Shown here: one piece after another, positions 10,801-20,600 of the stretch | Position numbering within the stretch: the stretch's first letter is position 1 | How the letters are laid out: every line of letters starts with the position of its first letter | DNA from: Crocinitomicaceae bacterium | GTDB taxonomy: Bacteria; Bacteroidota; Bacteroidia; Flavobacteriales_D; Parvicellaceae | Assembly: GCA_018663635.1 (NCBI GenBank) | Contig: JABJPZ010000240.1 | Span: forward strand, 1 to 59,022 | Length of the DNA stretch: 59,022 nucleotides | Reading direction: 5' to 3' | Made by a program: the position numbers and the translations under genes | Notes under the pieces: model-generated | Told to the model about the DNA's origin: nothing | The model's input: only the letters and a program-made list of their open reading frames with translations | Databases searched by the model: none

Positions 10801-12399
10801 GGCTGCAGTAAAATTATACCTTGGTAAAATAGATCCGAAATCTACCATTCCATCAAAGAGTAAATCAATGTTCTCATCTTCGACGGATAATGTTCCATCA
10901 AAACTTTTCGAAGTAAGCGTACCAATCATCTCAATATTCTTATATAAGTACCCCATAAATTCAAACTCCCGAAAATTTGCAGTAAAATCTGAAGCAAATG
11001 AATTAAAGCTAAATGGCTCGTTGGTATTTGAATTGAAAGCTAAGCTGGTAGAAATTTTGCCTAAATTCTGAACGCCAGCAACTAACCCCACATCAAACTT
11101 GTCAGATTCAATTTTTCCGAAATAATTATATCCTTTAGAAATGGAATCGTAATTCACTTCCAAATTCGTTTGTAATTTACCGACACCAGAGCTAAGGCTG
11201 CTTGCTAAATTAAATTCTTCTAGAGTTCCGTTAAAAGAAGCTTTGCCATTGACAAATTGTATTTTGGATAATTCAGACGAAACATCAACAGGAACATTAT
11301 CCTTAAATGGAATGTTTTTTAATTTTCGAATGTCATTAATAGTCAAGTTAATCTCATCCAAATCAGCATTCAAATAAGCCGAATTAATATCTGGCAACCC
11401 TTTTAGAGCCAAACTTCCGCTAATCTTTGAAGACTGACCAAAACCAAGTTTTAGATCATTTACAGTCAAATCACTAATGGTACCTGCAACTTTACCTTGA
11501 AAATCAAGTGGTTCCTGTATTCCCTCAAAAAATGACACGAAATACGCCAAGTCTTTTGTCTCGATAACACTTTTTTCAAAATCTGCAGATAGATTAACAT
11601 GCTTTAAGAATTTTTTAAATTGTGTCGGATCTGTGTAGTTCAAAGACAGTTGATTCGCATTAATTTCAGAAGCATTCGTATTTAAATTTAAATTTTCAAG
11701 TAAGACCTGACTATTCGAGTATGCTGCGAGGGCCTGCATATGCCTTACCTTGAACCCTGATTGCTCAAAAAATGCTAACTGATCAATCTGAGCAGAAAAA
11801 TTATCCTTGTTACTAAAGTTTTTTATGGAAGCTTCAATTTGTGTTAAATCTAAATTTGAATAATCAATCCCAAAAGATTTTTGATTTTTGTTGAGATCCG
11901 TTAATCTAAAAGACGAATTCGTAATTTCTACTTCTTCAATATTTAATTCATAGGGTGCAGATTTTTTAGAGCTATTAGGTCCGAAATAGTCTACAAGAAA
12001 TACGTAGCTAAACTCTTCCTCCCCCGGATATTTCACCATCGTAAACAAAGCATTTTCGATTTCAATTTTTCCAATTTCAATGATTCTATTTTCTAAATCA
12101 AAAACATCTAAATCTAATTTTAGTCTTTTCACAAAAAGCAATGTATCTCCCTTTTTATCTTCAAGATAAATCTCTTTAAGCAAAAATCGATTGATGTTTT
12201 CTATTTCAACATGCTTTATAGAAATCTGCACATTTAGCTCCTTAGAAAGGTAGGATGCAATACTTTGAGAAACTTTTGTTTGGACATAGCTTGTTCGAAT
12301 CCCAAAGGCAAATATGAATGCTACTAAAATCCCTAACTCCAAAAGAAGACTAATGCAAAGTCGGAGTATTTTCCAGCGTTTTTTGATAACTTTGGCCAC
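7840..12399 (-). CDS. tamB: translocation/assembly module protein TamB (DUF490 C-terminus)
   Basis: 1519 aa with one N-terminal TM anchor, a long beta-rich body and a C-terminal TamB-like region. It is divergent from tsaD, as in many Bacteroidota. GTG start. Confidence 0.8.
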   Translation of the reverse strand: MAKVIKKRWKILRLCISLLLELGILVAFIFAFGIRTSYVQTKVSQSIASYLSKELNVQISIKHVEIENINRFLLKEIYLEDKKGDTLLFVKRLKLDLDVFDLENRIIEIGKIEIENALFTMVKYPGEEEFSYVFLVDYFGPNSSKKSAPYELNIEEVEITNSSFRLTDLNKNQKSFGIDYSNLDLTQIEASIKNFSNKDNFSAQIDQLAFFEQSGFKVRHMQALAAYSNSQVLLENLNLNTNASEINANQLSLNYTDPTQFKKFLKHVNLSADFEKSVIETKDLAYFVSFFEGIQEPLDFQGKVAGTISDLTVNDLKLGFGQSSKISGSLALKGLPDINSAYLNADLDEINLTINDIRKLKNIPFKDNVPVDVSSELSKIQFVNGKASFNGTLEEFNLASSLSSGVGKLQTNLEVNYDSISKGYNYFGKIESDKFDVGLVAGVQNLGKISTSLAFNSNTNEPFSFNSFASDFTANFREFEFMGYLYKNIEMIGTLTSKSFDGTLSVEDENIDLLFDGMVDFGSILPRYNFTAAIRKAHLFDLNIEKSDKTQIICSTIEVDGIGSNADNFNGSIIAKDLSYYLRGKDYFFDSINLVSTLDSGSHALSVYSNFIDLFIDGSFSIQELPAAFYSLAQSILPSIFKSNEAILLNKEDFSFFVDVKDLTIITELFVKDLQVAPNTQLNGSYQTGMQDLNLFINSKWLKYKDYQLIDAHMEIDKFSSMYEFTIKSDRLYINDSVYLDDFSLITGLFEDNIDANLSWQNVDSSSSGNVEMDGYWMARDQFHLSMEPSIIYIGDELWNINEDAEIIIDSTAIFLSNIRAINGDQIIDINGVIAEDPTKRLEYVFSQFELSNLNALLTGNTVLLDGQISANGNLRDFYGHPVFQLEYDINECNLNGKLLGDVWGTVKPHWQNVSVKNKMDRSVLQEKIIGFDIIGNVVKEGNYQFDYLGKYFLDDRLSPLDFVFNLNDMNLDVANGFIPNGVSDVRGRMDGNIRMTGSPDSVLFDGFVVLKDAGAHIDLLNTDYTLTGKVSIENDGFYMSGISVKDKFEKTATLWDGSFYHINFKEYSYNFQMGLTEPFLVMNTTKQMSSLYYGDAYITGDVAISYDKYNELEIQVAARSEKGTNVVLPLDGADEVVLPSFISFKDRSNPNEIEDTELDLSGIKMNFDMELTPEAQISIVFDEVVGDVMSGNGAGNINMEIDEFEQFGMYGFYEVNEGNYLFTMFDFIKKPFSVRKGGTISWYGDPYNADINLAAAYQTKASLYDIMPVNEREQYKTNTEVNCLIKLSDNLFNPDLKFEIELPRSDDNARAVLRNVISSDEELNKQVFSLMVLNKFLPRTNAISSASSSALNAGVGATTSDLLSSQIGNWLNGLSDDIEIGVNAKFGDKVGEDEVAVAMSKAFLNDRLEISGNFGVVKGENAESQESRLVGDVNVEYKLNDNGNLRVRAFNAANKYDFINNTQSSTQGVGIYYKENFENWWELKQKLGNLFRPESSDVLHYKGVGRRRDPDYKLGSPF

Positions 12400-12408
12400 T
12401 TATTTATA

Positions 12409-13443
12409 ATGGTAAATCCTAGCAAAGATATAATCATTCTTGGTATTGAATCGTCTTGTGACGATACCTCTGCGTCTATCACTAAAAACGGAGAAGTATT
12501 ATCTAATATTATTGCCAGTCAAATAATTCATGAGCAATACGGTGGCGTAGTGCCTGAGCTCGCCTCCAGAGCACATCAGAAGAATATTTTACCCGTTGTT
12601 GCAGAAGCCTTGAAATCTGCAGGCATTTCTAAAAATGAATTAAGTGCAATTGGTTTCACGCGTGGTCCGGGTTTACTCGGTTCTTTACTTGTGGGTACTT
12701 CCTTTTCAAAAAGTTTGGCCATGTCGTTAGGAATCCCCCTAATTGAAGTGAATCACATGATGGCACATGTTTTGGCCCATTTTATTAAAAAACCGTCATT
12801 AGACATCGATCCTCCTGAATTCCCTTTTATTTGTCTCACTGTTTCAGGAGGTCATACACAGCTTGTTTTAGTTAAGGACTATCTGGAGATGGAGGTGATC
12901 GGAGAAACATTGGATGATGCTGTAGGTGAAGCTTTTGACAAGTCTGCCAAAGTTCTTGGGCTTAAATACCCAGGCGGGCCAATAATTGACCAGTTAGCAG
13001 CAGATGGTAATTCCGATCGATTTGAATTTTCTGAGCCTGCTGTGAAAGGTTTAAATTATAGTTTCTCTGGGTTAAAAACACAGTTTTTATATTTTATTCA
13101 AAAAGGTTGCCAAGAGAATTCTAATTTTATTTCAGAAAACCTCTCAGACATTTGTGCTTCATGGCAAAAACATCTCGTCAAAGTACTCTTTAACAAATTG
13201 GTTAAAGCGGCTCAACTATATAACATCACTTCGATTGCTATTGCTGGTGGTGTTTCTGCAAACTCCGCGTTAAGATTAAAGCTCAAAGAAATAGGCGCCA
13301 TTGAAAAATGGAATTATTTTCTGCCGGACTTTGAATATTGCACAGACAATGCAGCAATGATTGCAATGGTAGCCCATTACAAATACATCGCTAACGATTT
13401 TTCTAATTTTGACACTGTGCCCACCGCAAGAATGAAATTTTAA
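12409..13443 (+). CDS. tsaD: tRNA N6-adenosine threonylcarbamoyltransferase TsaD
   Basis: 344 aa. The ILGIESSCDDTSASI start, HMMAHVLA and AGGVSANSALR motifs belong to the Kae1/TsaD family. Confidence 0.95.
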   Translation: MVNPSKDIIILGIESSCDDTSASITKNGEVLSNIIASQIIHEQYGGVVPELASRAHQKNILPVVAEALKSAGISKNELSAIGFTRGPGLLGSLLVGTSFSKSLAMSLGIPLIEVNHMMAHVLAHFIKKPSLDIDPPEFPFICLTVSGGHTQLVLVKDYLEMEVIGETLDDAVGEAFDKSAKVLGLKYPGGPIIDQLAADGNSDRFEFSEPAVKGLNYSFSGLKTQFLYFIQKGCQENSNFISENLSDICASWQKHLVKVLFNKLVKAAQLYNITSIAIAGGVSANSALRLKLKEIGAIEKWNYFLPDFEYCTDNAAMIAMVAHYKYIANDFSNFDTVPTARMKF

Positions 13444-13449
13444 GCTTCA

Positions 13450-14361
13450 TTAAAGTGTAATAATCATTCCATCGTAAGCGAGCTGGTAATTATTAAAAAC
13501 AGGCGAAATTTCTTTATCAAAATCGTCTAATTCTTTGTACCTCGCGGAATAATGCCCTACTATTAATTTCCCTACTTTTGAATTGGCAGCAACCGTTGCA
13601 GCCTGTACAGCCGTCGAGTGAAATGTTTCTTTCGCTCTTGCCCGTTTTTCTTCTGTAAATGTGGCTTCATGATACAATACATCGACTTCACGTACTGCAT
13701 CAATCACTTTATTACTGTAGGTTGTATCAGAACAATACGCATAGGATCTCTCTGGCAATGGTTCTTTTGTTATTAATTGGTTTTTAATAATCGTTCCATC
13801 TTTTAAAATAAGGTCTTTACCCTTTTTAATACCAGGAATTTGAGCTAAAGGGATGGAGAACTCTTTAATCTTGTCTTTCAACACATTCAATTCTCTCTTT
13901 TTTTCTTTAATTAGAAATCCACAACAATCTATTCTGTGTTTTAAGGGGAAGCTCTCTATCTGAATGAGTTTGTCTTCAAAAATTACTTCTTTGTTGTTGA
14001 AATTTAAATCGTATAAAATCCATCTATAATTAAGATGAGTTTGAGAAGCTTTCATGGTCACGTCGATTATCTCTCTCAAAGATGACGGCGCATATATGTG
14101 TAAAGGTCGTGTTCTGCCTAATAGATGAAAAGATGACAAGAGTCCAATTAATCCTAGGAAATGATCGCCATGCAAATGACTGATGAAAACGTGGTCAATT
14201 TTTTGAAATTTAGTTTTAAACTTACGAAGCTGAACCTGAGTTCCTTCGCCACAATCCAGTAATAAATGCCTCTCCAGCACATTAACATATTGTGCGCTTG
14301 CCGACCTTAATAAGGTTGGCACAGCGCTGCCGCAACCAAGAATTGTAACTTCAAATCGCAT
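13450..14361 (-). CDS. rnz: ribonuclease Z (MBL fold)
   Basis: 303 aa. The HLHGDH motif, LGCGSAVPT N-terminus and exosite-length insert are typical of short-form RNase Z. Confidence 0.88.
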   Translation of the reverse strand: MRFEVTILGCGSAVPTLLRSASAQYVNVLERHLLLDCGEGTQVQLRKFKTKFQKIDHVFISHLHGDHFLGLIGLLSSFHLLGRTRPLHIYAPSSLREIIDVTMKASQTHLNYRWILYDLNFNNKEVIFEDKLIQIESFPLKHRIDCCGFLIKEKKRELNVLKDKIKEFSIPLAQIPGIKKGKDLILKDGTIIKNQLITKEPLPERSYAYCSDTTYSNKVIDAVREVDVLYHEATFTEEKRARAKETFHSTAVQAATVAANSKVGKLIVGHYSARYKELDDFDKEISPVFNNYQLAYDGMIITL

Positions 14362-14385
14362 CTGTACCGAATATCGACTTTTCTA

Positions 14386-14420
14386 ATAAAAAAAAACCCT
14401 GCACAAAATTGGCAGGGTTT
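14386..14420 (-). terminator. rho-independent terminator after the T9SS cargo gene
   Basis: The minus strand reads AAACCCTGCC-AATTTTGT-GCAGGGTTT followed by a T9 run. Confidence 0.75.
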
Positions 14421-14438
14421 AAAAGCTATACAGCTTAA

Positions 14439-15194
14439 TTATCTTCTGACTGTCATTTTTTTCGTAATTGACCGCTCTCCATTAGAAAGTGTGTACACAT
14501 AAATCCCATCAGACAAGGCGTCATTTCTAAACCGAATCGAATTTTCACCCGCGTTTGCTTGAACGTTTTGTTTGTGAACGATGTTACCCAGAATATCCAT
14601 TACTCTTAAATCAATATTAGCACTTTGGCCTGTGGTAAAATGGATCATTGTTTCCTCGGAAAAAGGGTTAGGCGAATTTTGTTTTGAAGAAAACTCATTT
14701 TTCTGATACATTACTATTTCTAAGGCCGGTGTTACTTCAATCACATAACCCGTAAAAACAGAAGGTTGTGAAATTGCTCCAAGGATGATTACAGTAACCC
14801 ATCCATCCAATTCAATTACCACGTCATAAGTTCCCGGAGTCGTTGGTGTTCCAAAAATGGATGCACAACCTTGATCACCACCCATCCAAGTACAATTCGA
14901 ATTATCACAGATATAAGATAATCCTGGAGGAAGGCCAGTTACATCAGTTAAAACCGCTGAGTCTATAGGCACCCCACTGTATGTTGGATCTATATCACCA
15001 GCATCAGTTGGTAATTTAAAATCCAAGACCTGGCTGTAAAATACTCCCTCTTGTCCAGCTGGAAAATTGGTAATCGTGTCAGGCCAAGCCCCATAAACAC
15101 TGTCCATATAAAACGGGTCCGGCGAACACGACTGAGCGTTCACATTAATGCTTAAAGTAAGGATAGCTAAAGTAAAAAGTAAATGTTTTTTCAT
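14439..15194 (-). CDS. T9SS C-terminal sorting-domain secreted protein with a putative Ig-like (He_PIG-type) domain
   Basis: The C-terminal ~80 aa (NPFSEETMIHFTT...IYVYTLSNGERSITKKMTVRR) match the type A Por/T9SS sorting domain. GLPPGLSY...GTPTTPGTYDVVI is He_PIG-like. The ATG at 15194 gives the signal peptide MKKHLLFTLAILTLSINVNAQ; the track start at 15215 is TTG. Confidence 0.8.
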   Translation of the reverse strand: MKKHLLFTLAILTLSINVNAQSCSPDPFYMDSVYGAWPDTITNFPAGQEGVFYSQVLDFKLPTDAGDIDPTYSGVPIDSAVLTDVTGLPPGLSYICDNSNCTWMGGDQGCASIFGTPTTPGTYDVVIELDGWVTVIILGAISQPSVFTGYVIEVTPALEIVMYQKNEFSSKQNSPNPFSEETMIHFTTGQSANIDLRVMDILGNIVHKQNVQANAGENSIRFRNDALSDGIYVYTLSNGERSITKKMTVRR

Positions 15195-15211
15195 AAATAA
15201 TTTTTTAATAA

Positions 15212-15586
15212 TCAATCTTCATCGTTCATGTCGTTCTCCACCTGACTAACCGATAATAAATCAACTGCTTCGTTTACAGTAGGGGTAATATTTAAAACAG
15301 TATGTAATTGTGAAATCTGAATTAACTTCTCCACAGATGATTGTAAACCTGCTATCACTAAAGTTCCTCCAGCTGCTTTTGTCAACCTATTAGCAACCAA
15401 TAACGCACTTAACCCCGAAGAGTCGCAATATCTGGTTTCTGACAAATCAATAATCATTGAAGCTTCTCCGTTCTTATCCAACATCACTACTTCACTTTTC
15501 AATTCAGGCGCAACTATATTGTTTAATTTCTCCACCTTCGAAGTAATTAATGAATGCTTCTCTTTCTTCTCAACTACAAAGTTCAT
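15212..15586 (-). CDS. STAS-domain anti-sigma-factor antagonist (SpoIIAA/RsbV-like)
   Basis: 124 aa. Contains the YCDSSGLSALL motif with the conserved phosphorylatable Ser context. Confidence 0.85.
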   Translation of the reverse strand: MNFVVEKKEKHSLITSKVEKLNNIVAPELKSEVVMLDKNGEASMIIDLSETRYCDSSGLSALLVANRLTKAAGGTLVIAGLQSSVEKLIQISQLHTVLNITPTVNEAVDLLSVSQVENDMNDED

Positions 15587-15640
15587 TTTCTGGTCTTTTT
15601 ATCTAAATTCAAACAGCACAGCTCAAATTTAGCAATATTT

Positions 15641-16576
15641 TTATACTCTATCAATTTTTGCGGCTAACAGATAAATCACCGCCATTCTAATCGCAACCCC
15701 ATTCTCAACCTGATCTAAAATTATTGCCTGGTCAGAGTCGGCAATTTCCGATGTTATCTCCACTCCTCGATTGACAGGTCCGGGGTGCATAATCACTATT
15801 TCCTTATTGAGATCATCCAAGATATGTTTTGTTAATCCATATTGCATGGTATATTCTCTTATCGATGGGAAATAGTTAATCTCTTGTCTTTCAAATTGAA
15901 TTCGTAGCATATTCGCTACATCACACCATGCCAATGCTTTCTTTAAATTATGTTCAACGCGAACTCCAAGTTGTGCAATATGTTTCGGTATCAATGTTGT
16001 TGGTCCGCAAACCATTACTTCTGCTCCCAATTTCTGTAGAGCGAAAATATTAGACAGAGCGACTCTAGAATGTTTAATATCACCTACAATTACCACTTTC
16101 TTACCGGCTACTTCACCTAGCCGCTCTCGTATTGAATAAGTGTCAAGTAGTGCCTGCGTAGGATGTTCATGCGTACCGTCACCCGCATTAATGATTTTCG
16201 CATCCACATTATTAGCCAAAAACATGGCGGCACCTGGAGTTGGATGGCGCATTACAACCATGTCTACCTTCATGGAAAGTATGTTGTTCACGGTATCTAC
16301 CAAAGTTTCTCCTTTGGATACAGATGATGCACTAGCAGAAAAATTGATAATATCAGCAGATAATCTTTTTTCAGCCAATTCGAATGACAGCTTTGTTCTT
16401 GTAGAGTTCTCAAAAAATAAATTAGCTATGGTCACATCTCTAAGCGCAGGAACTTTCTTAATCGGCCTATTGATAACTCCTTTAAAGGAATCCGCAGTTT
16501 GGAAAATAACCTCTATATCCTCTTTAGAGATGTGTTTTATTCCCAATAAATGATCCGCACTAAGTCCTTTATTCAT
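15641..16576 (-). CDS. pyrB: aspartate carbamoyltransferase catalytic subunit
   Basis: 311 aa. The FENSTRTKLSFE, HPTQALLD and HPGPVNRG motifs are present. Confidence 0.95.
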   Translation of the reverse strand: MNKGLSADHLLGIKHISKEDIEVIFQTADSFKGVINRPIKKVPALRDVTIANLFFENSTRTKLSFELAEKRLSADIINFSASASSVSKGETLVDTVNNILSMKVDMVVMRHPTPGAAMFLANNVDAKIINAGDGTHEHPTQALLDTYSIRERLGEVAGKKVVIVGDIKHSRVALSNIFALQKLGAEVMVCGPTTLIPKHIAQLGVRVEHNLKKALAWCDVANMLRIQFERQEINYFPSIREYTMQYGLTKHILDDLNKEIVIMHPGPVNRGVEITSEIADSDQAIILDQVENGVAIRMAVIYLLAAKIDRV

Positions 16577-17111
16577 TTGTCGTATGTAATATCACCTCGT
16601 CTTTACCATCTATTTCATTCCAGCTAACCGTAACCCGTTCAGCTTCAATCGTATCAACTGATTTACCAACGTAATTGGGTTCTATAGGTAAATTGCGGCT
16701 AAATCTCCTATCAATTAAGGCCATTAACTCAATTCCACTTGGCCTACCAAAAGTCATGGTGGCATCTAGGCCAGCTCTTACCGTTCTACCGGTATACAAT
16801 ACATCGTCTACTAAAACAACCTTTTTACCCTCAACCGTAAAATCCATATTGGTGGCACTTGGAATAAGGGGTCGATCTGTTCTTCGAAAATCATCTCTAA
16901 AAAATGTAATATCCAATCCCCCTGTTTGCACAATAATTCCAGTCCTAGCTTTGATTACAGTTTGCAATCTGTTGGCTAAATAAATACCTCTTGGTTGAAG
17001 ACCTATAATGGCAGATTTCGAAAAATCACTGTGATTCTCTATTAATTGATAGCAAAGGCGATTGATTGTCAATTCAAACTGCTTGCTATTTAAGATAATT
17101 TCATTCGCCAT
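16569..17111 (-). CDS. pyrR: bifunctional pyrimidine regulatory protein / uracil phosphoribosyltransferase PyrR
   Basis: 180 aa. The PRPP-binding loop VVLVDDVLYTGRT is present. It overlaps pyrB by 8 nt. Confidence 0.9.
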   Translation of the reverse strand: MANEIILNSKQFELTINRLCYQLIENHSDFSKSAIIGLQPRGIYLANRLQTVIKARTGIIVQTGGLDITFFRDDFRRTDRPLIPSATNMDFTVEGKKVVLVDDVLYTGRTVRAGLDATMTFGRPSGIELMALIDRRFSRNLPIEPNYVGKSVDTIEAERVTVSWNEIDGKDEVILHTTNE

Positions 17112-17125
17112 CTAGAACGATTAAG

Positions 17126-17133
17126 CAAATATA
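17126..17133 (-). promoter_or_regulatory. candidate -7 box (TATATTTG) for pyrR-pyrB
   Basis: The minus strand matches the Bacteroidota TAnnTTTG consensus 14 nt upstream of the pyrR ATG. No well-spaced -33 TTG is present. Confidence 0.3.
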
Positions 17134-17198
17134 TTCTTTCTGCTTCAAATCACCTTATATTCAATCAGAATCTTTCTTGACAAACCAAATTGTTCTCA

Positions 17199-17230
17199 CA
17201 AAAAAACCCTATTCCTTTCAGAACAGGGTT
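17199..17230 (-). terminator. rho-independent terminator after trxA
   Basis: The minus strand reads AACCCTGTTC-TGAAAG-GAATAGGGTT (one G-U pair) followed by a T7 run. Confidence 0.7.
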
Positions 17231-17254
17231 TCAGTACTTTTTGTAAAACCGCAA

Positions 17255-17572
17255 TTACATGGCAGCTTCTAGCTTATCAATTAGTGTTTGTTTTGGAACT
17301 GCACCAACAGACTTATCCACTACTTCTCCATTTTTTATGAAGATAATCGTTGGAATACTGCGAACACCATATTTCATTGCAATAGCTTGATTATTGTCAA
17401 CGTTTACTTTACCGATAACCGCTTTCCCATCATATTCTGAGTGAATTTCGTCTACTAAAGGACCGACCATCCTACATGGGCCACACCACTCTGCCCAAAA
17501 ATCTACTAAAACAGGTTTATCTGATTTTAATGCCAACTCATCAAAGTTGTCTTCTGTGAATTCTACTGCCAT
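17255..17572 (-). CDS. trxA: thioredoxin
   Basis: 105 aa with the WCGPC active site. Confidence 0.95.
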   Translation of the reverse strand: MAVEFTEDNFDELALKSDKPVLVDFWAEWCGPCRMVGPLVDEIHSEYDGKAVIGKVNVDNNQAIAMKYGVRSIPTIIFIKNGEVVDKSVGAVPKQTLIDKLEAAM

Positions 17573-17655
17573 TTTTTATGTTTTTTTATTTTCCAACCTC
17601 TAAATTACTTTATACAACCTACACTATCAAAAAAAATACCGTTCAAAATTGTATG

Positions 17656-20600
17656 TCACCTTGTCATCCTATCATTTAAATAATAATGCATCTCTCCCAA
17701 TTCATTTATCTTTTTTAAGAATTCATTAGAGATTTCTATCCCTCGCATCCTAGAGGGAATCTTGACCTCGATTTTATCTAAATTATCAACTAAAATGAGC
17801 CGAAGGGCACAAGAGCCTGGATGCTCTTCAATGATTTGATGTAATTTTTCTACAAAATCAATACTGACTTCATTCGAGTCTAGCCTAACATTGAATGTCT
17901 TAGTCATCTTTTGTCTTGCCTCAGATAATAATTCTAATCCATGAATTTTGAATTCTAAGTCTTTCTCGTCTTTCGCCCAATTCCTTTTTTGCACTTTACC
18001 TTTGACCATTAAAAGACTTCCATCGACAAGGAAGTGCTTCAATTTTAAATAATCTTCACCCCACAAGAAAAATTTGTAGTTATCTGTTTTATCCTCTACT
18101 TCCAGTGTTCCGAAAGGTTTTCCTTTCTTAGTCATTCTGTGCTCAGAGCCAACAACAATTCCAGCAATTAGCATCTCTTGATTCGCAATTTTTTGCAAAT
18201 CATTATTTAGATGCATCAGAGTACCTCTGCATAAATTAGTTAATTCTAATTCAAAATCATCCAAGGGGTGCCCGGATATATAAATGCCTATTACTTCTTT
18301 TTCTCTGGACAGTTTCTCCATAGCTGACCAAGGTTCCACGTGCATCGGTGACGGTTCTGCAACCATCACTTCAATTTTATCTCCGAACAAATCTGGAGGA
18401 GCATCTTTTTTATTTTGAACCGCCGCACCAAAACGCATTACACGTTCAATAAAATTTATTCCCTGTTCATCTTGAACCAAGAATTGTGCGCGATGAAATG
18501 CATTAAAAGAATCGAATCCGCCGCCAAGAGCCATACCTTCAAACGCTCTCTTATTAGCAGCTTTCATATCTACTCTTTGAACCAAGTCAAAAAGAGATTG
18601 ATACAATCCGTTTGCCTTCCGTTCCTCTGTAATTGCTTTAACCGCATTTTCACCAACATTCTTTATTGCTCCTAATCCAAAACGAACAGCACCATCTTTA
18701 TTCACAGCAAATTTATAGTATGATTCATTTACATCTGGACCAAGTACAGCTAACCCCATTCTTTTGCATTCTTCCATAAATGCTGACACTGTTTTAATAT
18801 CACTCATATTATTGGAAAGTACTGATGCCATATAAGCCGCAGGGAAATTCGCTTTCAAGTAAGCAGTCTGGTAGGCAATCCAAGCATAACAAGTAGAATG
18901 GGATTTATTAAATGCATAAGACGCAAAAGCTTCCCAATCTGTCCATATTTTCTCCAAAGCTTTCTTGTCGTGCCCCCTATCATTCCCTTGATCTAAAAAT
19001 TTGGGTTTAAGTTTTGCCAAAAGATCAAACTTCTTTTTCCCCATTGCCTTTCGAAGCGTATCGGCTTCACCTTTGGTAAAACCCGCTAACGATTGCGATA
19101 AGAGCATTACTTGTTCTTGATAAACCGTAATACCATACGTTTCCTCTAAATACTCCTTACAGGCATCTATATCGTAAACAATTTCTTCGAGACCGTGCTT
19201 TCTTTTGATAAATGAAGGAATGTACTCCAAAGGCCCTGGACGGTACAATGCATTCATCGCAATCAAATCAGCAAAAACGGTAGGTTTGAGAGATTTCAAA
19301 TGCTTTTGCATTCCCGGAGATTCATACTGGAAAATACCAACAGTTTCACCTCTTTGAAACAGTTCGTATGTTTTTGAGTCATCCATCGGTATGGCCTCAA
19401 TATCTATGGTTTTTCCGTCTCTGGCTTTAATTATTTTCAGCGTATCCTTAATGAGAGTCAAGGTCTTTAAACCTAAAAAATCCATTTTAAGTAATCCGGC
19501 ATTTTCTACTACACTATTATCAAACTGCGTACACCAAAGATTGGCATCCTTTGAAATAGCTACAGGAACGTATTCCCTTATATCTGAAGGAGTTATAATT
19601 ACCCCACATGCATGGATTCCAACATTCCTGATTGATCCTTCAAGCACTCTGGCTTGATTTACAACGTTTGCTTCTAAACCACTTCCATTGGATATTTGTT
19701 TTAACTGATTCGCATTAATTAATTGCTCTGCATTTAGCTCTTCCTTCAGTTTATCTTCTTCCAGACCAAAAAGTTTACCCAATTTTATATCTGGAACAAG
19801 CTTTGCTAGTCTATCCGTATCCGGTAAAGGGAGGTCAAGCACCCTTCCTGTATCTCTAATACTAGACTTGGCAGCCATCGTGCCGTAAGTAATTATTTGA
19901 GCAACTTGACTCGAACCATACTTATCAATTACGTATTGAATTACCTTGCCCCGTCCTTCATCGTCAAAATCAATGTCGATATCTGGCATAGAAACTCGGT
20001 CTGGATTTAAGAATCGCTCAAACAGTAAATCATATTTAATTGGATCTATATTGGTAATTCCTGTACAATAAGCAACTGCGGATCCAGCCGCAGAACCTCT
20101 TCCAGGGCCAACAGAGACACCCATTCTCCGAGCTTCAGCTATAAAATCCTGTACAATAAGAAAATAACCTGGATAGCCGGTATTCGCTATAACCGAAAGC
20201 TCAAAATCAAGTCGTTCTGTAATCTCAGGAGAAATATCACCGTAACGACGAACAGCGCCTTTATAAGTCAGATCCCGTAAATAAGCATTTTCTCCACGTT
20301 TACCATTGTCTTCTTTATCCTCTGCATGAAGGAACTGCTCTGGGATGTCAAACTCTGGAAGCAAAACATCACTTGCCAGACTATATTGCTCACATTTATC
20401 GATTATCTCTTCGATATTGCGAATAGCATCTGGCAGCTCCTTAAACAAGGTTTTCATCTCATCCTGGGACTTGAAATAAAACTGATCATTAGGAAAACCA
20501 TATCGGAACCCTCTGCCTTTACCTTTCGGCGTTTCTTTCTTTTCGCCATCTTTTACGCAAAGCAATATATCATGTGCGTAAGCTTCTTTTTTCTCCGGAT

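Noticed and set aside
17112-17200. Expected PyrR-binding attenuator RNA in the pyrR leader
   Set aside because: No match to the Bacillus-type PyrR binding loop (UCCAGAGAGG-like), and no terminator/antiterminator alternative hairpins. The leader appears very short if the TATATTTG box is used.
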